64,000 nt of DNA from Patescibacteria group bacterium (GCA_042568575.1 JBHPIO010000001.1:32001-96000), one strand, 5' to 3'; shown: positions 29,629-39,785, counted from the stretch's first letter. Notes: generated by a model not told the origin, from the sequence alone. Made by a program: numbers and translations.

Positions 29629-31815
29629 TTAGCACACTTTCTTTCGAAATCTAAAGTAAAGCTGTGCAATAAAGAATGAAGCTAGTAAAACCCAAAGTGC
29701 TTCAGGTCCCGGATCACCATATACTTTTGTAGTCGGTCCTATTTGCTGAAGGACTGGAGGTTGAGGTTTTTCCGGAGGGACAAATGTTGTCGCCTTAAGG
29801 CTAAATGGAATCGAACTTGTGATGCTGCTTTTGTTGTCACTTTCATTACCAGTATCATCCATTGCAGCAACAGCAAAGAAATATTCGTTTCCGTTTTGTA
29901 AATTTGGAATATACCAAGTTGGAGTGTTATCTATTGTATCTACGATAACGTTTAAGTTTGTTGGAGTAAGTCCATAATAAATTCTGTAATTAACCACTTC
30001 TGAATCATCTGTAGCAGGCTGCCAAGAAAGAGTAATTTTTTGATCCGATGAGTCCGCTTTTAATCCAAATACATCGCTTGGTGCTTCGTCCGCAGGCTCT
30101 TCTTCTACTGGAGGTTCTTCTTCCATTGGTTCTGTCTCGCTTCCTCCGTCGATTGCGCCATCACCGTTTTCTGTTATTTCAAGTGAAGCAATTGCTTCGT
30201 AAGTTCCTTCATTTCCAAGTTCATCAACCAAGATAACGTCGATAGGATATACACCAGCTTCAGCCGGAGCTTGTATTGATGTTAAATAATGACTTGGTTC
30301 TGTTGGATCCTGTTCTAGCTCAGCAATCTCAACATTAAATACAACTGCACCTTGGAATACGCTAGATTCGGTAACTACAACTATATCAATAACATCTCCG
30401 GTTTTAATGTTACTTGCCGGAGAAAAGATAATATCTTCAACTGTCGGAGCAGCTACATCCACTGTGAATGTAACCTCGTCAGATGTTTCTATAATTGTTC
30501 CTCCGCTATCAAGACCCACAACAAATACGGTGTGCTGTCCCGTTTCTAAAATCGAAGGTTGGAATGTAAATGTTTGATCAACATCAGGTGAAGTCGATCC
30601 AATGTTCTGATCGTTATCAAAAACCTGCACAGTTTGAACTGCAACTGGTGCAACACCTGTTATTTCTAATTGATTATCACTATAAGTTCCTGAAGTCGGA
30701 CTTGTAATCGCTAAATCACTTGTTGATCCGCTTGGAGTGCCGCCATCCGGTGGAGTAGTTGAACTAGCTCCAACAACAACTTCAAGCTCGCCTCTAATTG
30801 TAAAGTCGCTTAAGTCTGTTGCTACAACTGTGTATGTTCCTTCTTGAGAAAAGTTTAACGAGTTAACTCCGCTAAATGTGTGAGATCCCGAATCAAGATC
30901 AACGTCAAAAGTGTAATCGTTTGGTAGGGAAGCATAAACACTATTAGAACCTTCTGCAGAGAAATGAACCGTTCCAGCGTAGTTAGGAACTGTGTCTCCT
31001 TCTGAATCGAATGCAGAAAGTGAAAAACTTACATCTGCGTTTGCAGAAATGCTTGAAGGTAAATCATCAAACTCAAGTGTTCCAACTTCTCCTGCTGCAG
31101 CAAATGCAGTAGGGATGAATCCGCCTTTACCGCCTTCGGTATAGGCTACTTCAAGCCTGTAATCTAAAACTGTATTTGAAGTTGTATCTAAGAACGAATA
31201 AATTGAAACTCCGTTTTCTGTTGATGATAATGCGAAAATTAGAGTTCCATCCTCATTTGTATATGTTTTTTCTGAAATTCTTTGTACTTTATCTTCCGAT
31301 CTACTAGGAATTACTTCAAGGATATGTCCTTGAATAGGATTTTCATTGTTATCAGTCAAAGTAACTGTTGCATAAATTTTATCTATACCGTCTGATGATG
31401 CAAGAAGTTTATTTGTTTCTACTGTCGATTTCATTTTAGAAACTTCGTCTGCAAATACTGTCATTGTATGTGATTTTCCATATTCACCATCTTCCAGCTT
31501 TGCCCATAATGTATATAATCCAGCTTGTTTCGTATGATAATCATATAATTCAAATTCTGCGACTCCTGTGTCATCTGAAGTTGCAGGAATAGTTAGATTA
31601 GTTCCGTTTGGTTTCTGTACAGCAAATGTCACATCTTTATTTGGAAGTGTCTTAGAAGATGTAATGTGTGCCGAATAACCTGAAATTGTATCTATCCCGT
31701 ATGCCTCAGGCAAAAATGGCGATGGTGCTACGTTAGAAGTAGCAGCCATTGCTGCATTTGTAGTAAAGAAAGTGAATAATAACGTCAGTATTGTGCTTTT
31801 AATAAGGATTTTCAT
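29629..31815 (-). CDS. Cell-surface protein with Ig-like and fibronectin type III domains and a C-terminal sorting-like tail
   Basis: Signal peptide; invasin-like beta domain; FN3 (ITLSWQP..YRIYYG..NLQNGNEYFFAVAA.D..GNES); DPGPE, then TM, then RFRKK. Confidence 0.75.
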   Translation of the reverse strand: MKILIKSTILTLLFTFFTTNAAMAATSNVAPSPFLPEAYGIDTISGYSAHITSSKTLPNKDVTFAVQKPNGTNLTIPATSDDTGVAEFELYDYHTKQAGLYTLWAKLEDGEYGKSHTMTVFADEVSKMKSTVETNKLLASSDGIDKIYATVTLTDNNENPIQGHILEVIPSRSEDKVQRISEKTYTNEDGTLIFALSSTENGVSIYSFLDTTSNTVLDYRLEVAYTEGGKGGFIPTAFAAAGEVGTLEFDDLPSSISANADVSFSLSAFDSEGDTVPNYAGTVHFSAEGSNSVYASLPNDYTFDVDLDSGSHTFSGVNSLNFSQEGTYTVVATDLSDFTIRGELEVVVGASSTTPPDGGTPSGSTSDLAITSPTSGTYSDNQLEITGVAPVAVQTVQVFDNDQNIGSTSPDVDQTFTFQPSILETGQHTVFVVGLDSGGTIIETSDEVTFTVDVAAPTVEDIIFSPASNIKTGDVIDIVVVTESSVFQGAVVFNVEIAELEQDPTEPSHYLTSIQAPAEAGVYPIDVILVDELGNEGTYEAIASLEITENGDGAIDGGSETEPMEEEPPVEEEPADEAPSDVFGLKADSSDQKITLSWQPATDDSEVVNYRIYYGLTPTNLNVIVDTIDNTPTWYIPNLQNGNEYFFAVAAMDDTGNESDNKSSITSSIPFSLKATTFVPPEKPQPPVLQQIGPTTKVYGDPGPEALWVLLASFFIAQLYFRFRKKVC

Positions 31816-31941
31816 GCTTGCTTCGTGTTTGTTTTTAAATTCTCTATATTATAGCAAAAAAAGCGCAAACGTACAAGCATCCTTGAGTTTTTTAGCGCAT
31901 TTTGGTAAGATTCCCGTTGAATTTTAATCAAGATAGCTAAT

Positions 31942-32844
31942 ATGGATACAGTTGATTACATCTGGATGAATGGAAAGCATATCCCTTGGGGTGAAGCCAA
32001 AATCCATGTTTTAAGTCACACATTGCATTATGGAGGTGGGGCATTTGAAGGCATTCGTTTTTATGAAACTGAAGACGGGAAAGCCGCAATATTTAGGCTA
32101 GAAGAGCATATTGAAAGATTGTTGTTTTCAGCAAACACAATTCAAATGGAAGTTCCTTATACAAAAGAAGAACTTGTTGAAGCTTGCTTAGAAACAATTC
32201 GTAAAAACAATATTAAATCAGGATATATAAGGCCAATAATTTATTTTGGATATGGCAAAATGGGGATTGATCCAAGAGGAGCAAAAGTCGAAACGTGTAT
32301 TGCAGCGTGGGGATGGGGATCGTATCTTGGAGAAGATATGGTGAAAGTTAAGACTTCTTCATATGTGAGAATCCACCCAAAAAGCACAGAAACACAGGCA
32401 AAACTTTGTGGACATTACGTAAATTCAATAATGGCTAGCCTGGAAGCGCACAATGCTGGTTTTCATGAGGCATTACTATTAGATCACAAAGGTTTTGTTG
32501 CCGAAGGACCGGGCGAAAACATATTCGCAGTAAAAGATGGTAAACTAATTACACCGGAATCAGGAAACATTCTTGTAGGAATAACACGTGACTCAATATT
32601 CGAAATCGCTAGAGACAACAATATTGAAGTAGTAGAAATGAAAATGAAACTTGAAGATTTAAAAAATGCTGATGAAGCTTTCTTTACAGGCACAGCAGCG
32701 GAAGTTACGCCAATCAATCAAATTGACGACTCCGTCATTGGAGATGGTAAAATCGGACCAGTAACAGAACAATTAAAATCTATTTACACTAAAGCTATAC
32801 ATGGAGCTTTAGACCAATATATTAAATGGCTTACCTATGCTTAA
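31942..32844 (+). CDS. ilvE: Branched-chain amino acid aminotransferase
   Basis: LHYG.G.FEG.R, AKLCGHY.NS, EGPGEN, GITR, GTAAE. Confidence 0.95.
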   Translation: MDTVDYIWMNGKHIPWGEAKIHVLSHTLHYGGGAFEGIRFYETEDGKAAIFRLEEHIERLLFSANTIQMEVPYTKEELVEACLETIRKNNIKSGYIRPIIYFGYGKMGIDPRGAKVETCIAAWGWGSYLGEDMVKVKTSSYVRIHPKSTETQAKLCGHYVNSIMASLEAHNAGFHEALLLDHKGFVAEGPGENIFAVKDGKLITPESGNILVGITRDSIFEIARDNNIEVVEMKMKLEDLKNADEAFFTGTAAEVTPINQIDDSVIGDGKIGPVTEQLKSIYTKAIHGALDQYIKWLTYA

Positions 32845-34390
32845 ACAATTCAAAGTAATTTTTGCGAGCCTTCTGCTTGCCATGCTTCTCCTTCCTTATG
32901 CTGCGCTTGCTCAGGATTCTCCAGAATTCACTGAAGCAGGAGAAGTAACATTCGAAGCGATTATCAACTCACTAGATAGTGTCGAACTTGATAAGAACAT
33001 CATTTTTGATGCTACAAAATCAACTCATCCAGATACAGAAAAAGAACTAACTTATAATTGGGATTTTGGTGATGGCAACAAAAAAGAGGGGCCTGAAGTT
33101 GTTCATACATATACAACATTAGGACAAAAGACGATCACATTAACAGTAAATGATGGGGCCCAAACCGTAACAGCTACAAAGGAAATTTTCGTATACACGA
33201 AAATCATAATGTTTATTACGGATAAAGCAGGTCTGCAGGATAGAGTAGAAGGATTCAATAATTATGCGCGTGATAGAGATGTGCATATCCTGCTAATTGA
33301 AAGTTACGATAGTGCAACTGAGTTTATCTCGGAAGAAGTTTTGAAGCAAAAACTTAGTGAAGTAGTTGAAGATTTAAGAAAAATAGACGAAATAGTTGTG
33401 TGGACGGATGGAAACACAGGACTAAATGCTCTTTCTTGGGTAAAGCAAAAACAGGCGGAGCTAGATCCTCCCTTAACTTTTGATTCAAAAACAATACTTG
33501 TTTTAAGCGATAACGAGCAAGGAACAAGCCAAATTCATCGACAATACGATCTTTTGCGTCCTGACAATATAGTTATTGCTAAAGAAGCTGCAATCTATCC
33601 ATTTATTGATAGTGCGGATTCTGATGTATTCATTGAACGCTTAGAAGCTGATGGATATGATTATTCAGTTATCAACGCAGAAACAGGACAGCTGCAATTG
33701 TGGAACTTCATGTCGTATTTCGTAAACTATCTTATTGATAGTGGAATTCCGGCAAACACAGTTATTCTCATTTTAATGCTTCCTGTAATTGCAACTATTG
33801 TTTCTTTCATGAAGCAGATTATCGGAGTTACAACATTTGGTGTTTATACGCCATCGATTATTACGCTAACATTTTGGATTCTTGGTCTTAAAGTAGGACT
33901 TTTGACACTCCTTATAATGGTACTTGTTGGAACAGGAGCAAGATATGTATTAAAACGTTTCAGACTCTTATATATACCAAAAATGGCAGTAGTGCTATCA
34001 GCTGTGGCATTAGCGATTCTCGCGATGCTTATCATATCAATTAGATTTAACTTATTTGATGCTCAGTTCTTCTCATTATCAATATTCCCAATGTTGATTT
34101 TGAGTACGTTAACAGAGAAATTCGTAAACATTCAAACTGGAAAAGGATTTAGACAAGCTATCACTTTGACGCTTGAAACAGTATTGGTATCGATAGTTGC
34201 ATACATTGCAATTGGAGGAGAATTCTTCTGGAATTTAAAATTCACTGCACTACAAAGTTTTATGCTGGCATATCCGGAAATCATCATAGTAATGATTGTG
34301 ATAAATATTTTCTTAGGAAGATGGACGGGACTCAGACTTCTTGAATATGTACGTTTCCGTGAAGTACTTCGCCATGTAGAAGAAGAATAA
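32837..34390 (+). CDS. PKD domain plus 7TM (transglutaminase-associated 7TM family) membrane protein
   Basis: Signal peptide; YNWDFGDG...HTY...G..TITLTV (PKD); ILMLP...IIGV.TFGVYTP, FPMLIL...EK, GRWTGLRL.EY.RF. Confidence 0.85.
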   Translation: MLKQFKVIFASLLLAMLLLPYAALAQDSPEFTEAGEVTFEAIINSLDSVELDKNIIFDATKSTHPDTEKELTYNWDFGDGNKKEGPEVVHTYTTLGQKTITLTVNDGAQTVTATKEIFVYTKIIMFITDKAGLQDRVEGFNNYARDRDVHILLIESYDSATEFISEEVLKQKLSEVVEDLRKIDEIVVWTDGNTGLNALSWVKQKQAELDPPLTFDSKTILVLSDNEQGTSQIHRQYDLLRPDNIVIAKEAAIYPFIDSADSDVFIERLEADGYDYSVINAETGQLQLWNFMSYFVNYLIDSGIPANTVILILMLPVIATIVSFMKQIIGVTTFGVYTPSIITLTFWILGLKVGLLTLLIMVLVGTGARYVLKRFRLLYIPKMAVVLSAVALAILAMLIISIRFNLFDAQFFSLSIFPMLILSTLTEKFVNIQTGKGFRQAITLTLETVLVSIVAYIAIGGEFFWNLKFTALQSFMLAYPEIIIVMIVINIFLGRWTGLRLLEYVRFREVLRHVEEE

Positions 34391-34399
34391 CCCTAAAAT

Positions 34400-36799
34400 A
34401 TGTTTTTCTTTAATGACAAAGGGGTTCTAGGAATTAATGCAAGAAATTTGTTGTATGTTAGGCCGTACAACAGAAAGAAAGTCATCAAAATGGCAGATGA
34501 CAAAATTAAATCTAAAAAGTTTTTGGCGGCAAGAGGCATTCCGGTTCCAAAACTATATGCTGAAATAAGAAACAAACAGGATCTGGAGAAGTTTGATTTC
34601 AACTCGCTTCCTTCGTCTTTTGTATTAAAACCAAATCATGGATTTGGAGGTGAGGGGATTATTCCTGTTGCAAGTAAGAGAGATCAATTTTGGGTAACAG
34701 CTTCAGGTAAAAAAATCAATAAAGATGAATTTATTGATCATATTTCCGATATCTTGGATGGAAGATATTCTATTGCCAACGTTGGGGATACAGCATTTTT
34801 TGAGCAAATGATTATTTCTCATGACAGTATTGGGAATTATTCGTTTAGAGGACTTCCAGATATCAGAGTTATTGTTCACAATTTAATCCCTGTGATGGCG
34901 ATGCTTCGTCTCCCAACAAAAGAATCCGGTGGGAAAGCAAACATCCATCTTGGCGCTGTTGGTATTGGAATTGATATATCTAAAGGTGAAACAACATTCA
35001 TTTCATATAAGAACAAGATTATAGATGAGATACCTGGAATAGGACCAATTAAAGGCCTCAAAATACCGTTTTGGGACGATATATTGATGGTAGCCTCAAA
35101 ATGTCAGCTAAACACAAATCTGGGGTATATGGCGGCTGATATAGTTATAGATAAAACAAGCGGACCTGTGCTTCTTGAAATTAATGCTCGCGGTGGATTG
35201 GATGTACAAACTGCTAATCTTGCTCCACTTAAAAAAAGACTCCAAAGAATTGAAGGTGTAAAAGTAACCACACCAATCAAGGGAGTTCGTATAGCAAAAG
35301 ACATGTTTGGAAATGTAGTTGAAAAGGAAATCCAACACGTGTCTGGTAAAACTGTTGTTGGAATTGAAGAAATGGTTGAGATCATTTTGAAAGAGGGAAC
35401 AAGACGTGTTGCAGCAAAGCTTGATTCGGGCAAGGAAAGAACTATTATCGATGAACAATACGCTATAGATTGTGGACTTCTTGGAGAAGGTTATGAGTAT
35501 GATGACGAAAAATCCACTGTTAAATTAAAACTTTCGATTGCCAAAGAAAGAATCCAAACTGTTGCTGATATAGAAAAAATAACTGACAGCGATATTAATT
35601 TGGTTTTAGGACGACGGGATTTGGTAAACTTCTTTATCGACCCTTCAAAGAAAATTCAGAAAACAAACCTTCCTTCGGAGAAGAGCGTAGAGACTTCGGA
35701 AAAACCCAAGACTACCAATGTGTCAAAAAAGGCTCCATATAGCGAAGTAGACCAAAAGTTAATAAAAATAGATGAAAAACTGAAGCTTTTGTATCACTTA
35801 AGGCCAACTAACCTTGCGGAAGAGCAAGACAAGTTCTTTAAAAACTTTAAAAAGAATCCTCAATTTGAATATCCTGAACTAAAATTTGATTTATATGATA
35901 TTCGAAAAGAGCTCGACCAAATAGTTACTGACGAAACGCCTGTTGGTATTTTATTCGAGAAGAAACGTGAAGAAATTAGTCACAAGATTAATTTACTTAA
36001 TTCACGAGGATTTGCTGAAGAATTCACAGAAGCTTCCGTTGATTTATATGGCAAACCTTCTGAAGCTCTTGCGAAGGAAGCAATTGAATACCTGGAAAAA
36101 GCCAGCATTACTTATTCACAACCAAAAGGAAATATAAATGCCGAAGAAGCGAAGGTAAAATTGGACAAAGTATTTGAAGATTATGGTCTTAAAAACTGGG
36201 AAGTTAAGATTAAAGAAGAAATGGTTTCTGATGCTATTGCCGGTAAAAACAATAGGCTCTTTATTAGAAAAGGAGCTGAGTTTACTCAATCAAGACTTGA
36301 AAATCTTATTATTCATGAAATTGAAACTCACATATTAACCGCAGAAAACGGGAAATCTCAAGCTTATGAATTGTTTAATAGGGGACTTGCAAACTATCTT
36401 GAAACACAAGAAGGCCTGGCTATCTATAATATTTTGTCGCAAAAGAAAGAAGAAGAAAAGAATTTGTACCTTTCTATCTCTCTAGTTTATGCAGTCGATT
36501 TGGCGATGAATCATTCGTTTGTTGAAATATTCGAGAAAATGCTTGATGCAAAAATCCCACCCGAGCGTGCTTGGCGAAGTGCTGTTAAAGTTAAGAGAGG
36601 GCTGGAAGACACAAAAGAAGCAGGGGGATTCACAAAAGATTTCCTTTATTTCAAAGGATACAGGCAAATCCAAAGTTTCGTTGCAAAAGGCGGAAAAATC
36701 AAAGATTTATACACAGGGAAATTCAATGCAGACGATGTTGATATAATTCTTCAAATTCCAGAGCTAAAAGAGCCGAAGTATCTTCCAAAGTGGCTTTAA
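34400..36799 (+). CDS. Fusion of a RimK-related alpha-L-glutamate-ligase-like ATP-grasp domain, a retropepsin-like domain and a DUF1704/QEGLA (MATCAP-like) metallopeptidase
   Basis: GVLGINARN..DDK.K.K, FVLKP..G.GG.GI, G.PDIR, MAMLRLPT..S.GKAN.H.G, LEINAR; AKLDSG...LVLGR; HEIETH...TQEGLA...FTKD.LYF.G. Confidence 0.85.
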   Translation: MFFFNDKGVLGINARNLLYVRPYNRKKVIKMADDKIKSKKFLAARGIPVPKLYAEIRNKQDLEKFDFNSLPSSFVLKPNHGFGGEGIIPVASKRDQFWVTASGKKINKDEFIDHISDILDGRYSIANVGDTAFFEQMIISHDSIGNYSFRGLPDIRVIVHNLIPVMAMLRLPTKESGGKANIHLGAVGIGIDISKGETTFISYKNKIIDEIPGIGPIKGLKIPFWDDILMVASKCQLNTNLGYMAADIVIDKTSGPVLLEINARGGLDVQTANLAPLKKRLQRIEGVKVTTPIKGVRIAKDMFGNVVEKEIQHVSGKTVVGIEEMVEIILKEGTRRVAAKLDSGKERTIIDEQYAIDCGLLGEGYEYDDEKSTVKLKLSIAKERIQTVADIEKITDSDINLVLGRRDLVNFFIDPSKKIQKTNLPSEKSVETSEKPKTTNVSKKAPYSEVDQKLIKIDEKLKLLYHLRPTNLAEEQDKFFKNFKKNPQFEYPELKFDLYDIRKELDQIVTDETPVGILFEKKREEISHKINLLNSRGFAEEFTEASVDLYGKPSEALAKEAIEYLEKASITYSQPKGNINAEEAKVKLDKVFEDYGLKNWEVKIKEEMVSDAIAGKNNRLFIRKGAEFTQSRLENLIIHEIETHILTAENGKSQAYELFNRGLANYLETQEGLAIYNILSQKKEEEKNLYLSISLVYAVDLAMNHSFVEIFEKMLDAKIPPERAWRSAVKVKRGLEDTKEAGGFTKDFLYFKGYRQIQSFVAKGGKIKDLYTGKFNADDVDIILQIPELKEPKYLPKWL

Positions 36800-36800
36800 G

Positions 36801-36831
36801 AAAAACGCGTCCCAGGGAATCCCGGAACGCG
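36801..36831 (-). terminator. Intrinsic terminator of the ppnP-like gene
   Basis: Minus strand CGCGTTCCGGGATTCCCTGGGACGCG followed by TTTTT. Confidence 0.65.
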
Positions 36832-36860
36832 CATTGGAGGTGCTTTCACCCCCAGGCCCA

Positions 36861-37172
36861 TCACTCTTCCTTGGGAGTGAGAGGGGGGTCGTAGTAGCAG
36901 AGGTAGGTTGATAGCTCGTCGGCCTTGATCTGGATGTGCTCACCCGGCTGGATGACGCACGGCTCCATATCGCCTGAGACGAACTGTTTGCCATTGACCG
37001 ACAGCATGCCGCTGGTGACGACGATCGTCTCCTGACTAGCTGCCATACCGCAGTCCCAGTCACCCGGTCGAACCATGCCCGACGTCATATGGATCAACTC
37101 ATCTTCGCCGATGAAAGCAAGACTATTGATCCCTACGTTATCCTCTTCGTAGTCCTTGTGCATCCAACCCAT
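36861..37172 (-). CDS. PpnP/DUF1255-like cupin (pyrimidine/purine nucleoside phosphorylase-like)
   Basis: SLAF...GMV.PG.W....A.QE...V.SG.L.V...STYLCYY resembles PpnP; GGAGG SD; GC-richer than its neighbours. Confidence 0.6.
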   Translation of the reverse strand: MGWMHKDYEEDNVGINSLAFIGEDELIHMTSGMVRPGDWDCGMAASQETIVVTSGMLSVNGKQFVSGDMEPCVIQPGEHIQIKADELSTYLCYYDPPLTPKEE

Positions 37173-37241
37173 GACAAACCTCCAAAACTCCGCGGAATTG
37201 CGAAGACTAAATTAAAACACAATTGGAGCTGCTATGCAAAT

Positions 37242-38264
37242 CTATAAGATCAACATTGCATCTCCAAAACTATAAAAGCGGTACTTCTCGCGTATTGCTT
37301 CTTCGTAAGCCTCAAATATAAACTCTTTATCAGCAAGTGCACTTATAAGCATAATCAATGTGCTTTCCGGCAAATGAAAGTTAGTTAGAAGGCAATCGAT
37401 TGCCTTAAATTCATATCCAGGATAAATAAAGATGTCTGTTTCAGTTCGTTCAGGATGGAAAGACCCATCTTTAAAGTTAGACTCCAAGACTCTCACTGAA
37501 GTAGTTCCTACAGCTAGAATTTTCTTACCTGCTGTCCGGGCCTCATTCAGCATCTCGGCAGTTTCTTCGGTCATTTCATAAGATTCACTATGCATTACAT
37601 GATCTTCAATCTTTTCACTTTTCACCGGAAGGAAAGTTCCACGTCCAACATGCAAAGTTACAAAAGCAGTTTCGATCCCTTTTGATTTAAGCTTCTCAAA
37701 TACCTCATCAGTAAAATGCAGACCGGCTGTTGGAGCTGCAATACTTCCTGTTTCTTCTGCGTAAACAGTTTGATATTCAGCCATGCCAGCTTTAGAATCC
37801 TTAATGTAAGGGGGTAGGGGAACGCTACCATTTTCTTCAATCCAATTATCAAAATTACCTTCCATTTTGAATTCTATCTCTCGAGTTCCATCTTCATAAA
37901 TAGATACTACTTGCGCTCTAATAGACTCTTTTTTGCCAACAACCTCTAACTCTTTACTCTCGGCAAACTTCTTTCCCGGCTTAACCATGCATTGCCATTT
38001 CTTTTCATCAATCTTTTTTAACAACAAAAGCTCAGCATTTCTTTCATCGACTTTAGCTTCAAGGCGTGCGGGAAAAACACGTGTTTTATTGAAAACAATA
38101 ATATAATCAGATGAAAGTAAATCAGGAAGCTCATTAAAAAAACGATGCTCTAGCTTTTTAGATTTGCGATCGAGAAGCATTAGCCTGGAAGTGTCCCTTG
38201 GATAAGCAGGAACAGTAGCAATTAGTTCCTTTGGCAGATTATATGAGAAGTCCTTTGTAAACAT
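37242..38264 (-). CDS. queA: S-adenosylmethionine:tRNA ribosyltransferase-isomerase
   Basis: PLPPYI, YQTVYA, AAPTAGLHF, LHVG.GTF, TNFHLP, YRFYSFGDA. Confidence 0.97.
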   Translation of the reverse strand: MFTKDFSYNLPKELIATVPAYPRDTSRLMLLDRKSKKLEHRFFNELPDLLSSDYIIVFNKTRVFPARLEAKVDERNAELLLLKKIDEKKWQCMVKPGKKFAESKELEVVGKKESIRAQVVSIYEDGTREIEFKMEGNFDNWIEENGSVPLPPYIKDSKAGMAEYQTVYAEETGSIAAPTAGLHFTDEVFEKLKSKGIETAFVTLHVGRGTFLPVKSEKIEDHVMHSESYEMTEETAEMLNEARTAGKKILAVGTTSVRVLESNFKDGSFHPERTETDIFIYPGYEFKAIDCLLTNFHLPESTLIMLISALADKEFIFEAYEEAIREKYRFYSFGDAMLIL

Positions 38265-38267
38265 TTA

Positions 38268-39404
38268 TTACCATTTAGTACTCTTATCAGCAGGTTTTGC
38301 CTGCTCATCAGTTGTACCAGTATATTTCATAACCATCAAGGTTACGTCATCTGCCTGCTCTGTGTCTCCAACGTAATTAGAATAATCAGTCGCTATATGA
38401 TGAGAAATTCCCTCAGGACCATATTGCGCAGCATGCTTTGCGAATGACTCCTTTAGTCGATCTATTTCAAACATTTCTCCCTGATTGTTCTTGGCTTCTG
38501 TAATACCATCAGTATAAAGTAGAATTACGTCATCCTTTTCTAGTTTAACCTCTTGTTCTTTTATAAGCTTACCGTTATCTGGAACCATTCCAAGTGCGAT
38601 TCCTCCAGCAGCCTGTGCTTCTACTTTTCCTGTAGCTGCCCTATAAACAAGTAGATATTCGTGACCAGCACCAACATATGTCATTTTTTGTGTCTTATGA
38701 TCCCACTTCATCATCACCATTGTCATAAACATTGCCGATTTGATTCTTGGTTTAAGCTGTCTGTTTGTATTAACTACTATGTCATAAAGATTGTCGTACA
38801 TTTCACTATAAGTATAAAGAAGTGTGTTAACCATCATCATAACAAGCGCAGCAGGCGCACCATGACCGGTAACGTCACCAACATACATAAAAGTTGAATC
38901 AGGCCTATTAATAAAGTCAAAACTATCTCCACCAACCTCTGCAGCACTTCTGTTTTTAGCTACAATTTCCAGTCCAGGAATTTGTGGACTTTCAAGAGGT
39001 AATATCTTCCTCTGAATACTACTAGCAATCTCCAACTCAGACGACATTCGCTCTTGCTCCTTTAATTTACTTGAAATTGTTTCAATATTATCAGTTATCT
39101 CATTAAAAAATTGAGCCATAACTCCAATTTCATCTACTCTGTTAGAATAAATCCTTTTGTAAGGTCTACCTGTCAGTAGATATTTCATTTGTGTAGTAAC
39201 TTTTTTCAACGGCCTTCCAACAACATTAAAAGTTATCGCAATAAAGAGTACCACCAACATACCAGCTCCAATTAACGTGTAAGTTAACGGGAAACTCATT
39301 GGATTAGTCCACAATAGATATGTAGCTACGCCCAAAACAATAGCAACAACAATCATAAATATTGAAATTCTTCGAGTAACAGTTTTTCTTAAAAAGGTCA
39401 GCAT
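38268..39404 (-). CDS. 2TM-HAMP-SpoIIE (RsbU-like PP2C) phosphatase
   Basis: Two TMs, DEIG.MA.FFN (HAMP), VGGD, GDVTGHG, YTDGITEA, DDVT. Confidence 0.92.
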   Translation of the reverse strand: MLTFLRKTVTRRISIFMIVVAIVLGVATYLLWTNPMSFPLTYTLIGAGMLVVLFIAITFNVVGRPLKKVTTQMKYLLTGRPYKRIYSNRVDEIGVMAQFFNEITDNIETISSKLKEQERMSSELEIASSIQRKILPLESPQIPGLEIVAKNRSAAEVGGDSFDFINRPDSTFMYVGDVTGHGAPAALVMMMVNTLLYTYSEMYDNLYDIVVNTNRQLKPRIKSAMFMTMVMMKWDHKTQKMTYVGAGHEYLLVYRAATGKVEAQAAGGIALGMVPDNGKLIKEQEVKLEKDDVILLYTDGITEAKNNQGEMFEIDRLKESFAKHAAQYGPEGISHHIATDYSNYVGDTEQADDVTLMVMKYTGTTDEQAKPADKSTKW

Positions 39405-39416
39405 ATCTTATAATAT

Positions 39417-39785
39417 TTAAATAGCATTTTGTAGACATTCCTCATCTGAATTGTAGCAAGGAATAATTTGATCAAGACCAACAAGTTGGAAAATATCCAT
39501 AATTCTAGCTGAAGCTCTAAGTATCATTATTTTCTTACTCTGAGTCGAAAAACGATTGTAAACGTCACTTAAATATCCAATTCCCTCACTATTTATAAAT
39601 TCAAGATTCTCAAGATCAAGCACTAAGTTCGTTTGCTGAAAGGTTTGAAGGAAAGCCTCCATTTTGTCGCGAAAGTCAGGCATTGTATCCCTATCGACTT
39701 CGCCCTTCACAGTAACTTTCTGGAGCTTTTTCTCCGCATCCGGATCGTTAACAATTAATTCGACGGTTGGCATAGTTGGTGTCAT
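39417..39785 (-). CDS. STAS anti-sigma-factor antagonist (RsbV/SpoIIAA-like)
   Basis: VKGEVD, LDLENLEFINSEGIG (phospho-Ser position), IFQLVGL. Confidence 0.9.
   Translation of the reverse strand: MTPTMPTVELIVNDPDAEKKLQKVTVKGEVDRDTMPDFRDKMEAFLQTFQQTNLVLDLENLEFINSEGIGYLSDVYNRFSTQSKKIMILRASARIMDIFQLVGLDQIIPCYNSDEECLQNAI

Noticed and set aside
36833-37233. 11/12-nt direct repeat ATTGGAG(G/C)TGCT flanking the ppnP-like gene as a target-site duplication
   Set aside because: One copy lies in the promoter spacer and the gene's terminator falls outside the pair; no transposase; probably chance
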